Position numbers and translations under genes: made by a program. Under the pieces are notes generated by a model, which was not told where the DNA came from, ran no database searches, and worked only from the letters and a program-made list of their open reading frames with translations. 64,000 nucleotides of DNA from Psammoneis japonica. Its lineage: Eukaryota. Below are positions 50,632 to 61,838 of this stretch, piece by piece; positions within the stretch are counted from its first letter, which is position 1, and the number at the start of each line of letters is the position of its first letter. The stretch covers positions 248,001 through 312,000 of the forward strand of contig QPGO01000077.1 of assembly GCA_008632985.1 (NCBI GenBank). The letters are read 5' to 3'.

Positions 50632-53313
50632 ATGGGCAACTCCGAATCCACGCGTCCGTTAGAACAGTGGACCAAAGACGATGTGGCTAATTCTGTCGCG
50701 TCGTTGGGTGGACCAAAGTACAAGGAATACGCGTCTTCAATTCGCGATTCCGGAATTGACGGCGGTCTCTTGACCTCCCTGGAGGACAAGAGCGAACTGG
50801 AAGACATGATGGACGAGTTGGAGATTTCGTCCAAGATTCATCGAAGAGTGATTGCGCGAGCACTGGAGTCGTCACTTGAGGATCATCAAGAAGAAACTGA
50901 CAAGGATACAGCAGCTATCACTGCTGTCGAGACGACGTCCAAGCAAGTCGTGCCGGATTTTTTGGCTGCAGAAGAGTACGGCTTGACCGCCTTTACGCCT
51001 GTTTCCGAGATGCATGAGTTGGATGGACTCTCCCAACAACTCTTGCGATCCAATTCCAACACGAGTTATGCCGGCGTCCACTTATGTCGAACTGACGGGA
51101 TGCACGTATTGTGTGGAAACCTGCGTGGACCGAATGGACAAGTCACGCCTATGGATCGAGGGAAAATTATGGACCATGGACAAAGTTTTTGTTCTCAATT
51201 GGTGCTGGACAAGTCGAAAGATTTTGTCATTCGTGAGGCAACGCTTGAAGCATATCGTTCCATTGGATCCACCTATGTGGGCCACGTTCTCAAAAACGAA
51301 AACGGGTCAAGGCTGGGTGTGCTGTGTCAATTTACGACAGACTCGTTTCACGAGAGCCAACGATACGCAGAGTCCCTGCGACTCGTGTCTGCCGAGATTG
51401 CAGCGATGATGGAACAGCAACTCCGGCTGCGAAAACAATTACTCGATCGAAACAAGTCTCTTTCAGAACAAATTGAGACATCCAAAAAGGAATACATGGA
51501 CATGGTGAGAAATCAAGAGCAGGTTCAACGACAAGAAGACATAGCTAAGAGCGAATCACGTTCAGTTGAAGACCCATGTACGAACTCGAACTTGTTGCCG
51601 TTTGTCGCAAAGTCCCATCTGGCGTCCGAGTTGGAACGGGAGCACATTCCTGTCTCGGTTGACAAAGAGGCGTTTCTTCTCGGCATGCCAAAGCCACCAA
51701 TTGGAAAAGACGATATGGCTCGCGTAGCCAGGGTGGAGGCCTTGGGGTTGCACAATATCGATCCAAACTCGGCTATGGCCAAGCAGCTCAAAGGATTGAT
51801 TGCCCGGACGTGTTCCTTGTTTGGATTTCCGATCGTGACTATTACGATTCACAACCACATGCATCAATTTTGCTTAGGCATGATTGACAGTGGCCTTGGC
51901 ATCATCGACGTCATGGACGTAGTCAACCGTGATGTTGAAGGAACACCGTTTTGTTTGGCATATACACGGGGCGTCTCCGCCTGCAACTACACAATTCTCA
52001 AACGACGCACTTTTATGGTACCCGACATGAGCAAGGACGAAACGTTCAAAAATTACGGCGCCACGACAACCAGTCCATTGCGTGCCTATGTTGGTACCCC
52101 AATAATCTCTTTTGACGGATACGTTGTGGCTGTGCTTTGCATGCTGGACTCGGTTCCTAGATACGATTTCACAAAATCTCACGAATTGGAAATTGAACGA
52201 ATGGCTCTCCTCGTCACACAGAGTATTGAGAATTGGGAGCATCGTCGCCTGATGGATCAACTCCTAGAAGAACGTAAGCTTCTTGAACAGCTCAAAAGCT
52301 CCATGGCGATGCAGGCAAGCAAAAAGCGCGAAGCGCCATCTGGCGAGGTCACAATCGTACTAACGGATATTCAGGGCTCGACAGCGTTGTGGGAGGCTGA
52401 CGCTGAAGCCATGAAGGAAGCACTGATCCTTCACGATCAAATCATCCGAAAATGCGTCTCTCAACACAGTGGCTACGAGATCAAGACTGAAGGTGACGCA
52501 TTCCATTTGGCATTTCATGATCCCTTGGACGCCATTGGCTTTGCCCTTCAGGCTCAGATTGACTTGTACAAGGCGAATTGGTCCGACAATATTCTTGCCT
52601 TGCCCGATGCAGACGTCGATGGAGACGGCTGTTTTCGTGGCCTTCGTGTTCGGATGGGTATACACCATGGCAGCGCCACGCCACAGATCAACGAAGTCAG
52701 TGGGCGTGCATTATATTCTGGGAAAACGTTTCGGGTAGCCAAGAGTGTGGAGGCTCTGTGTTTTGGTGGACAGATACTCGCAACGGCCGAAACTTGGCGG
52801 GTTGTTTCTGAACTGAGCGAACAGTTGGGAACTCCTCAGGTAGTCGATTACGGAGAGTACATACTCATGACGGGTGAATTCATTGACGAAGGTATCATTG
52901 CAAAGGGGGTGGTACAGTTGGTTCCAAACGAGTTGGCGTATGATTACTTTAGTTTGACCGGGAGCACTGGTAGTAGCCAAGAGGCGCTAGGGTCATCAGC
53001 AGCAAGAGGACGGAGATTTCCGCAGGTCAAATCGACTCGTAGACTTACTTCATTGTTCCTGGATGCGCCCAACAACAATGGAGCAGTTACCATGCTGTTT
53101 GTTTATCCATCGGGGACCGATGACTTTCCTGATGACTTGGCGGACCGGACGCTTTCGATACTGACAAAAGTCGTCCGATTGCCAAGCAGGAGCAACTCCA
53201 TGCAAAGGATGTGCCACTCCCTGCCATCACATGCCATGGTCCCAGACATCATGATGCAGAGGGCATCATGCACCCTCATGCACTGGCACTCTGAGCATGA
53301 GTTTTGCCAATGA
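50632..53313 (+). CDS. Myristoylated SAM-GAF-GAF class III adenylate/guanylate cyclase, copy A; truncated near 53175 by an insertion
   Basis: MGNSES; SAM (WTKDDVANSV...IDGGLL); GAF (CNYTI...FMVPD...YVGTPI...VLCMLD); cyclase (VTIVLTDIQGSTALWE, KTEGDAF, VRMGIHHG). The last about 45 aa are TpA-free foreign sequence. Confidence 0.88.
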   Translation: MGNSESTRPLEQWTKDDVANSVASLGGPKYKEYASSIRDSGIDGGLLTSLEDKSELEDMMDELEISSKIHRRVIARALESSLEDHQEETDKDTAAITAVETTSKQVVPDFLAAEEYGLTAFTPVSEMHELDGLSQQLLRSNSNTSYAGVHLCRTDGMHVLCGNLRGPNGQVTPMDRGKIMDHGQSFCSQLVLDKSKDFVIREATLEAYRSIGSTYVGHVLKNENGSRLGVLCQFTTDSFHESQRYAESLRLVSAEIAAMMEQQLRLRKQLLDRNKSLSEQIETSKKEYMDMVRNQEQVQRQEDIAKSESRSVEDPCTNSNLLPFVAKSHLASELEREHIPVSVDKEAFLLGMPKPPIGKDDMARVARVEALGLHNIDPNSAMAKQLKGLIARTCSLFGFPIVTITIHNHMHQFCLGMIDSGLGIIDVMDVVNRDVEGTPFCLAYTRGVSACNYTILKRRTFMVPDMSKDETFKNYGATTTSPLRAYVGTPIISFDGYVVAVLCMLDSVPRYDFTKSHELEIERMALLVTQSIENWEHRRLMDQLLEERKLLEQLKSSMAMQASKKREAPSGEVTIVLTDIQGSTALWEADAEAMKEALILHDQIIRKCVSQHSGYEIKTEGDAFHLAFHDPLDAIGFALQAQIDLYKANWSDNILALPDADVDGDGCFRGLRVRMGIHHGSATPQINEVSGRALYSGKTFRVAKSVEALCFGGQILATAETWRVVSELSEQLGTPQVVDYGEYILMTGEFIDEGIIAKGVVQLVPNELAYDYFSLTGSTGSSQEALGSSAARGRRFPQVKSTRRLTSLFLDAPNNNGAVTMLFVYPSGTDDFPDDLADRTLSILTKVVRLPSRSNSMQRMCHSLPSHAMVPDIMMQRASCTLMHWHSEHEFCQ

Positions 53314-56300
53314 AGACTGGCAAGAAATGTGCCCACCAAGAGGTGAAGAACTTGATGGGAGTGCATTTGGGCAGGCTTGCACAAGCCCAACTGCTCAACA
53401 GTGATGATCAAGGTTCTGCACAATCAGTTCTCCCTGTGAGCCCATCTGCCATGTCACTTGCTGGACCAGAACTCCAGACCTGCTGATGAACCCAACAACA
53501 GTGCCAATCAAGGTGGCAGCCAGTGCTTGGTGGAGCTGGCAGCAGAGATCAGCATCATGAGCTGGGAGCTGCTTTCCCACCATGCATTGTTTTGCACCTT
53601 GAGCCACTCATGTGCCAGCAAAGCCACTCACAAGATTTGCCTTTTTGCATCATCCAAAAGGCATGTGCTTTGAGAATCATGAATGTTGTGGAGCCCATTG
53701 TAACCTGGCATTGGGCTGTCAATTTGCTGGATGACTTGCCTGGCTGCAGCCCTCACCTGCTGACTTTGTGTGACCCACACATCAGCAGTGCCCACAGAGC
53801 TCAGCAAATTGGGCAACCCAGCAGATGAGAAGGTGTGAAACTTTTGCACTCTTTGGGCTGAATCCAGTTGGCAAAACACCTGCACAGGGAACCCCACCTG
53901 GCAGGGAATGTGAGCAAGCTGTGACATCCAGCCACTGGGCTGTTGAACAGCCTGTGCACTGATGGAGCCCAAGCCCTGTTTGCTGCTGAAGACTGAGCCA
54001 CCATCAACCAAGACTCTGGAGGCTGTTGATTGCAGCAGCCATCTCTCCACTGACAACCACTTGCAGTTCCTGGAGGCAGACATGGCAGATTTGATCTAAA
54101 AATGCTGCTGGGTCATCCCATCTCACTGCATTGCCAAGATTCCTCCACATCTGTGGACTGCGGATGTTGCCCGAGTGGGTGTGGTGCCTCCTCAACAAGA
54201 CCAGCAACCATGCACCACAGTTGACTGCAGCTTTTGTGGCCTCAATGATGAGACTGAGATTTGCCCCCCCCCCCCCCCCACACACACACACACAGGAGGC
54301 CCTGCAATTTGGCCATGCACAGGACAAAGATGTTTGCCAAACTGGGGGGGCCAGACCCATGGCGAACACTGCATGGCACACCACAGATCTTCAACTTGCC
54401 TCTGACTCCACTGCATGCACTGGAACAACAACCCATCTTCCAATCATGTCAAGCCACTGCCCATCCAAATTGTGTGCCAGGCACAAGCCTTGGTCTGCAC
54501 CTCTCCCAGCGACACCATGTGCCATTGTCAACCCAGCCTGGGTCAGCCTCTTGCACTTGCTGCACCCCAGCAAAGACTCCAATGGCAAGGACAACACCCC
54601 CTGGTTTTTGCAGATGCATGAAACCTCTCATTGGATGGTCAATGTGTGACCTTGACTGCCTTTTCTTTGCAACACACAGCAGTCTGACCTTCAAAACACA
54701 AAAGTGCAGAGAGAGCACTCTTGAGATGGTTGGCCACAGCCAGAGCTCCCATCCCAATGCACCATGCCCAGTTTTGTGGCACTGGCATGTCAGGTCCACT
54801 GCTTTTGTTTGCTGGGTTTGAGCTCACACATGCAATGCATGGCCAGCTTTGGCGCTGTTGACACCACCAAAACCCATCCCCAGCCAATGGCAGGACACAC
54901 CCCTGAGCAGCGTGGGTGGCAATCAGCAGCTGCAGCAGAGAAGGACCAGATGTGCAACCCCAACCACAGCCTTGAATGGAATGGATCGCTGTGGCAGCTG
55001 CAATTTTGACCCACTGCTCCTGCCCTGTTTTGCTGGAGGTGGCTCTGACTCCAAGAAGCTTTGCCAACCCTGGCAAAAGAAGCTGCTGGCAGTGTGCCAC
55101 CCCCCAACACAGTGGGGCCCACTGCCAAGCAGGGTGGGTGGGCAGTTGGCTTTGTTGGGTTGCAAGCCAGTGGCATGAAACTTGCAAGCAGTGTTTGAAA
55201 TCCTCTCAGCCAACATGCATGTGTGGCAGCAGTGTGCACCAATTTGCAGCATGTGGTCTTCTTGCAAGGTGCTCAGTCCTGCCTTTGTCAAATGCTTCTC
55301 AGGACTCAGCAAGGCTTTGTGGTTTGTGCCACAGCAAAAACTGCAGACCAATGCAATGATGGCACGCCAACACCAACAACTTTTTCTGGCTGCCATGCAC
55401 ATGTTTGTTGCATCCAATTGGCAATTGCACTTTATCCACATGCAGGCAGCCTAACTTGTGCATGCTGGATGCAGCCAATTTGATGAAATGGTGCCAAAAT
55501 AAATCAAAACATGAACAAAGCATTTGAAAATTCAACAAAGCAATTGAGTGTGTCATCTCTTGCAGGGCACTGGGCCAGTGCTTTCCATTTGGTCATTGAG
55601 TTGAAGCTCCAGTCAGTTTGCAAAAACAAAGATCTCTTGGTGACACAGATGGACAGCAAGTTGAAACAGCGTGAGCATGCATCCCTGACAGACCTTGTCA
55701 AAAATGTCTTGGGCAGCTCAAGAACTCACAAAAAACTGATTGTCAAGTGTGAACCTGCCAAGAACAACAAAAAGAATGGAGTCACTTGACTGGCAGGGCA
55801 GCCAATGAGTGGACAATGAGACACGGGGCCATGGCACCACAGCTGTTGGCTCTCTGCACAAAACACCAACTGTTGCAACAGCCAGAGAGTGAGCCCACTG
55901 CAGTCAACACCAACAATCTTAAATTGCAATGCCTGGGGCAGATGCACTTGTGAAAAATGTGTGCGCTTCTCTTTTGAGCATTGAACAATCTGTTTTCTGA
56001 CCTGTGGCAAGAGTTGCTTGCCACACTCTGCATTGACACAGCTCACTTGTTGCCAGCTGATTTGAGAAGCAGAGAGCAGAGCAGTGTGCATTTGATGCCA
56101 AGTCTCAACAGAATTTTGTGCATTGAAACATGGCCTGTTTCCCATTGAAAATTTCCATTGTGGACCAAGGAAATTTTTTGAGTGACCAAAACAAGATTGC
56201 AAAGAATCATGTGGCTTTTTGACAAACCAAGCATCTTTCTCACATTTTCTTTGACAGCAAGACTTGCTTCTTTGTGTCAATTGCTCTTCTTTTTCTTCTT

Positions 56301-58480
56301 TTCTTCATGCTCCACATCTTCTTGAGCAGTGTGCACTTCTTCTTGTTTGTCATCATCAGCCAATTGTTTCGTGCTTTGAGAGGTCAAGCCACCACCCACC
56401 AATTTGTCCATGTCTCTCCACTCTCCACCACAAGGCTGATGGCATGCAAATGAACAACTGACAACTTGTTCCAAGTTGTGCAGTTTCTTGGCTGCTTTCA
56501 AAAAAGGCCACTTGCCATGAAAAAGACAACAAAGACACACAAGCCATTGTCGGTGCAATTGCTGGTGTGATTTCTGGGGGATGCAGGTGCACTTCAGCAC
56601 TGCCATGCTGTGATGAACACAAACCCCAACTGCAGCAGAACAGGACAGAAACGTGGACAGGAAACTGTCAGCAGTTTTTGGTTCTCAGGGGTGCTGCCTT
56701 GCTCAAAGCCCTCTCCATGTGAGTGACAAAGATGAGCAGAACAATGAAACAGAAGAGCAGCATGACTCAACTCCAACACAGAGCAAAAGCAGGGATTGGG
56801 AGGTTTGCAAAGCACAAACTTTGTTCACAACCATCAAAGCCACCACCATTTGCTTTCAATCAAATGACACAATGAAATTCTCCATCGTGGCAAAGACTGA
56901 CAAAAATTGCCGGTGCTGCTAAAAGGATCCAGAACAGTGTGCAATGGCTGCTCATGGTTTTTCATGTTGATGTCTGCTGATGAATTGCAAGAATGCATGC
57001 CTGAATGAGTGTCTTGCACAAATTCATGGCTGATGGTGCATGCTGTGCAAAAAGCTCCTGTCTGTGCAGCACCTCACATTGATGTGCTTTGGGGGCAGAT
57101 GACAGCTTCTGTCTTCAATTGGTGGGGGCACTTTTTAAAAAAAATGATTGTTTTAAATTTGAGGGGCAAGCTCTGAATTTGATTTGATTGTCATCTTGAA
57201 ACACAAAATCAGTTGTCACTTGCACTGTCATGGGTCTCACCAGTTTGTTTGCTCTTGTTGTCAGACATGCTTGTCACATCTCACACTCCTCAAATCAAGG
57301 TGCTGGTCTCAGCCAGCAGTGGTGCACCATGTCAGCATCCTCCTTTTGCACTTGTGCTGGTCCTTGGCTTTGTTGCTGGAACAAATGTCACACATCAACC
57401 AGAAAGCTGTGCACACTTGGTTGAGAGATTTGCTGCCAAAAAGAGAGAGTGCAGCATTTTCAATTTTCCTGGAAAAATGCAGCATGCCTGTGCAACACCA
57501 ACTCATTGCCAGAGTGGCACTTGCACATGAAGAGAGAATGAAGCATTGCAGCAGTGTCACTTGCATGGCATGATTGAAAGCCAGTCAACAACACTCCATG
57601 GTCTGATTGAGAACCAGTCAACAACACTTGCCCTGATGTTTCTGGTTGCTGAAATCATTGCTGCCAGACAGCTCAACACATGCCACCCAAATCAGCTGCA
57701 TGATTGAGAGATCAAGCAAGTGGGTTCATGCCCATTTGCACACTTCACTGTCCATTTGCACAATGCTGGCACCATGGGACAGCTGACAAACCATGCTTTC
57801 ATCATGGAGCAGGGCATTGTGATCACCTGCTGGCATTTGTGGCATGTGATCTAAAGTTGATGTTTGGTCAAACACCTCAACCAAAATGGGCTCAACTGTG
57901 AACACCTGTGACAAAAAAATGTGGTGACAAAAAGTCTGTTTTGTCAATGTTTTGTGCAAGCCAATGCCCTCATCTGCAAGTCTGACCAAGTTCTCACATG
58001 CATGCATCACCTCAAAAACAAAACAGGTGCAGGTGTTTGAGCAAGCGGGGCACTTGGTTTGAAACAATGAAGTGGACAAGACTGCACCACCTGACCACAC
58101 CAAGTTTGTCTGTGAGCAGTTTCTTCTTGGCCACTCTGCCTTTGTTTGGATGAAAGCTTTTCCTCTGCTCCTGGCAAGTTGCGTGGAAGCATGATTGCAG
58201 TTGGGCTGCATCCTGACAGATGCTTCTGCATCATGTCATTTGTGACCACTGCAGCAGCGTTTTTGTGTCATCAGCTGCAAGGATGAGAATCTTCTCTGTC
58301 AATGCTGCCAGGACACCTTGTTCGAGGAGACTTTGTCTTGTGTGTGTCTTCCACTTCCATGTGAAAGAAGGAGCAACAACAGTTTGGAAATGACCCGTTG
58401 GCTGTTGGTGATGCTTTGAGTTGCATGGGGTCGTGGGCACCACAGGTGACAGCAGGCGCAGGGTCTAGAGTCCTCAGTCG
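53176..58480. mobile_element. About 5.3-kb heavily TpA- and CpG-depleted insertion (degenerate TE or nested TEs)
   Basis: Abrupt composition switch inside the cyclase ORF. Only a few TA remain, mostly YTAA. No domain confidently readable. Confidence 0.6.
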
Positions 58481-58659
58481 GAGCCATGATGATGTGGTGT
58501 TGGGTTACAGAATGTAATGGCGAGATGGCGGGAAATGTGAATACAAACATTTAGTCATGCGGCAACGATTTTAGTCATTCGAAGTTGTCAACTGTCAACG
58601 ACAAGGCGAATTGATTTCGAAAAAAATGATGGTGAGGATCTTGCGTCTCTGTTCAGCCA

Positions 58660-59000
58660 GTGGTTTGTTCACGGCTAAAGACGTTTGGAAACCGTGTCTC
58701 CGGTGGGAGGCAGACATGTATGGTGGAGAATGGTGGAGTTGATCTACAGTACTTTCAAAAAGCGCTTGACCAAGTCCATCAAGATGAGAGTGCTTTTTCG
58801 CAAAAGATAATTGTGTGTCTCTTGACATGAACGGAGAAGCTATCCTTGGCGGGTTGCAGTCTAAAGCGTGGCCCGCCGCGGTTTGGTAAGGACCCCCCAA
58901 CCGCGAAAGGAGTTTGGAATGCCAATGGAAGAAACCGAGGGACTCCACTTGACAAAATCGTTGCAAGCTTGGAAAAAACGTAGAGCGCCGAAGAGAAAAC
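58660..59000 (+). pseudogene. Decayed 3' fragment of arylamine N-acetyltransferase
   Basis: tggaaaccgtgtctccggtgggaggcagacatg...atcaagatgagagtgctttttcgcaaaagataattgtgtgtc matches 43259-43640 with frameshifting indels. Confidence 0.88.
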
Positions 59001-59136
59001 AGAGGAGGACGCATTTCAGTCGTCTTTAGCCAACAATAGGAAGTTACCAACCTTTGTGCTGCATTGACGGATGGGAGAAAAAGTATACGAAAACATGGAA
59101 AATGAGTAACTTCCAGCCTACAAAGCTGCCCACTAA

Positions 59137-60393
59137 TCAAAAATCTGGTTCTTCTTCTTGGCATGCCCGGCATGGTCTTTCGTCATAAGCGTCACGGCAT
59201 GGTTCTTCGTTATCGGTGTCACTCTCGCTGTAATCGGTTGGGCAACAAAAACTGCAGATAATATGTTCAGGATTGATTGGGCATTTGTACCAGTCCAAAG
59301 GTCCATCCCGCGTATTGAGAGTTGTTGCGCCGCATCGGAATGCATAATAGCATTCACGCAAGCACCTCCCACGACAAGCAGGGCATGCAATGCTCTCGTC
59401 GTCGTCTGCCTCTACATCATAGTCAACAATTCTGGGATAGCATTCTTGGCAAAAAACGTGTCTATCATCTGTGCCACACTGGTACCAACACAATTCGCTG
59501 TTCTCTTTGCAGTTGTTGCATTGGATATTATTACACAGCTCATGATTCGTACATGTTTGGAAGCAATATCCATGATAAGAATCGTCATCATACATGAACT
59601 CGCATGCCTCATTTCCACACGTCGCACAGGTGTGGTATTCGTACACGAATTCATGAGAATCTCGGCATGCCTCACACTGATGATTTTCACACACGTGACA
59701 AATCATGCCCTCCGCACAACACTCGCAGTATCGTGCTTTGTGACCATCCGGTCTGGCGCAAATCGCATAGTATTCCTCCTCTGAACCTGCCGCAAAACGG
59801 CATTCCACGCAGCTTGGATATTCTCCACACTCTGTGCAAATTTTCACTTGAGCTTCCACCAAAGGATCAGTGCGGAGTATATCAGCTATTTCATACCGTT
59901 CATGGATCAACGCCTTATCCAAAAGACCCTTGACAGTTGCATCGTCGTGCTTGTTCTGATCAAGCAGTCGCCGCATCATGAATTCATCTTTGTACTCGAT
60001 TGCAAACAAGAAGAACTCTCGAAGTAATAGATCCTCCAGAGTAGGATTTTCCAACGGATTATTTGAGAATTGCTCTCGATCGACTTGCTTATAGAGCCGC
60101 TCAATGTTCTCGGAAATCTGCACGTGGTGGTACTTTCCAAAAAACTCCCGAGCAAGGATGCAGTTTCGAATCAAAAACTGCCAGTCTCTCTCACGGCAAA
60201 AGTACCGACAGCTTAGTCGGAAAGACGTTATTCTCTCGTTCGCGGATAGGAAGCTATAAACATGCACGAGAATATCTTTGGTTAAAGCCATGGCTGGAGG
60301 CATGTCATCATCCGTTTTGAGCCGAAAAGTGCGAGAAGAAGCTTCCGACGGATCATCCTCATCAGTGGCCTTTCTCTTCTTCGCCGAAGACAT
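59137..60393 (-). CDS. F-box protein with Cys-rich C-terminus, copy B (longer C-terminus)
   Basis: Paralog of 43809-44885 with about 60 extra C-terminal residues. Confidence 0.72.
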   Translation of the reverse strand: MSSAKKRKATDEDDPSEASSRTFRLKTDDDMPPAMALTKDILVHVYSFLSANERITSFRLSCRYFCRERDWQFLIRNCILAREFFGKYHHVQISENIERLYKQVDREQFSNNPLENPTLEDLLLREFFLFAIEYKDEFMMRRLLDQNKHDDATVKGLLDKALIHERYEIADILRTDPLVEAQVKICTECGEYPSCVECRFAAGSEEEYYAICARPDGHKARYCECCAEGMICHVCENHQCEACRDSHEFVYEYHTCATCGNEACEFMYDDDSYHGYCFQTCTNHELCNNIQCNNCKENSELCWYQCGTDDRHVFCQECYPRIVDYDVEADDDESIACPACRGRCLRECYYAFRCGATTLNTRDGPLDWYKCPINPEHIICSFCCPTDYSESDTDNEEPCRDAYDERPCRACQEEEPDF

Positions 60394-60935
60394 TTTCGTT
60401 TTTATATCAAAAGGGAAATCCCGGTAGTAAATCGTTATTATCTTCTTCGAGACAAACTATTTGTCACTATAGCAACTTCCGTGGCGATGGGACGCAGGAA
60501 GCTTGCTTGTGACAGACACCAGTAGTGGGAGTGTTGCGAGTTTTATTGGTTACACAGTAGTTGCGAATGGCAGTATGAAACCCGGAAAATGTTGCACGGA
60601 TTCTATCATTGCGACTATTCTACTCTAATCTGAAATCTACCTCTAGCTAGTCTCTAGAGAGTTGCGCTTGGAGCCTAATCAAGAAGGAATAAAATGACTC
60701 GTCGCTGGGACCCACCCAAAATAGAAGTGTGTGATGAGCCATTTGAATGGCTGAAACTGATTCAAAGAAATGCTTGTGTTTGCTCTAAAGAAAGTTAACT
60801 AATCGACAAGGAACTCTAACTGCATGTAACGTGCCGTAAGCATCACATCCATCATACCACACACACGGAACAATCACCTTCATTATTAAATCATAAGGTA
60901 TCTGCCCCATCACACGCATGCTCTTGAGCTCAGTA

Positions 60936-61454
60936 CTACATCATGACGAAGAAGGATCCAACACCCAAAACGACAGCAGCTAGCACATGGTGAAAGCGGA
61001 CAGCGCCAACTCCGGAAGTACTATCCAAGCATGAGTAGGCAACTCCAGATCCAGGACCACAGACATCCGGACGGGAACACCAGGCACCACACTGCTGAGC
61101 GTAGCGAATGGGGTTCGGCGGGGTCACGTTCAGGTCAGGGCAACCGGGACATTTGCACTCGGAAGCGTCATTGCAGATTTGATTTAATTCCGGACGCGGT
61201 CCTGGAGGAGCGTAACAATCAAATTGCGAGCCCGTACTGTTGCCGCAATTTTCGACGCAATACGCGCTGCATTCGGCACCGTTGTCACTGTCAGTGAATG
61301 GCTCGACAACTTTCGTCACATCGCAGACCTCTTCTGAACTGTCAGAAGAACAGAAACATGTCGTGGTAAATCCACTTCCATTGTCGGAACAGTTCTGTCC
61401 CTTGACAACGAGAAAGAATGCAGAGAGCAGCGAAAAAGCAACAACAAACTTCAT
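60936..61454 (-). CDS. Small Cys-rich secreted, possibly GPI-anchored protein, copy B (unmutated)
   Basis: Signal peptide MKFVVAFSLLSAFFLVVKG, Cys-rich core, and a hydrophobic tail after SGVG. Confidence 0.75.
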   Translation of the reverse strand: MKFVVAFSLLSAFFLVVKGQNCSDNGSGFTTTCFCSSDSSEEVCDVTKVVEPFTDSDNGAECSAYCVENCGNSTGSQFDCYAPPGPRPELNQICNDASECKCPGCPDLNVTPPNPIRYAQQCGAWCSRPDVCGPGSGVAYSCLDSTSGVGAVRFHHVLAAVVLGVGSFFVMM

Positions 61455-61838
61455 GGTCGACTTGTTTGGATATGATACTGCCGAAGTAACAGGTATCTGG
61501 TAAACAACTCAGAACTGCCAAGTCAGAAAAAGTATCTTTGAGATAGTGAGCGCGATCTTTTCACTCTCTGGCTTCTCTGTCTTCTTCCGTACCACTTACA
61601 GACCTCCCAGTTGGGAGTGCTCTCTGGCTGGCACGAGATCAAGATGGCGGGAAATAATCACAGGGCAATATATATATTAAATCATGAAGTTGTTGTTTTA
61701 AAGAACGTCACAAGTTGAAGTTGTCAACTGCAAGGCAATTTGAGTTTTCGAAAAATTCGATCTTGCCGCACTCCGTCTTATTAATACACTACTTACTGTA
61801 CTTGCAGAGGTTCACTTTTGCGGTTCGCCACAACAACA

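Noticed and set aside
53300..58550. Dozens of overlapping Cys/His/Trp-rich ORFs (also at 2.1-3.3, 11.6-16.3 and 34.8-36.5 kb) as novel small proteins
   Set aside because: They are an expected by-product of TAA/TAG erasure, with no coherent domain or codon structure.
61564..61629. About 60-bp indel in the copy B promoter, flanked by ctctctggct repeats and containing a small hairpin, as a MITE
   Set aside because: Too short and has no TIRs. Equally explained by a microhomology-mediated deletion in copy A.
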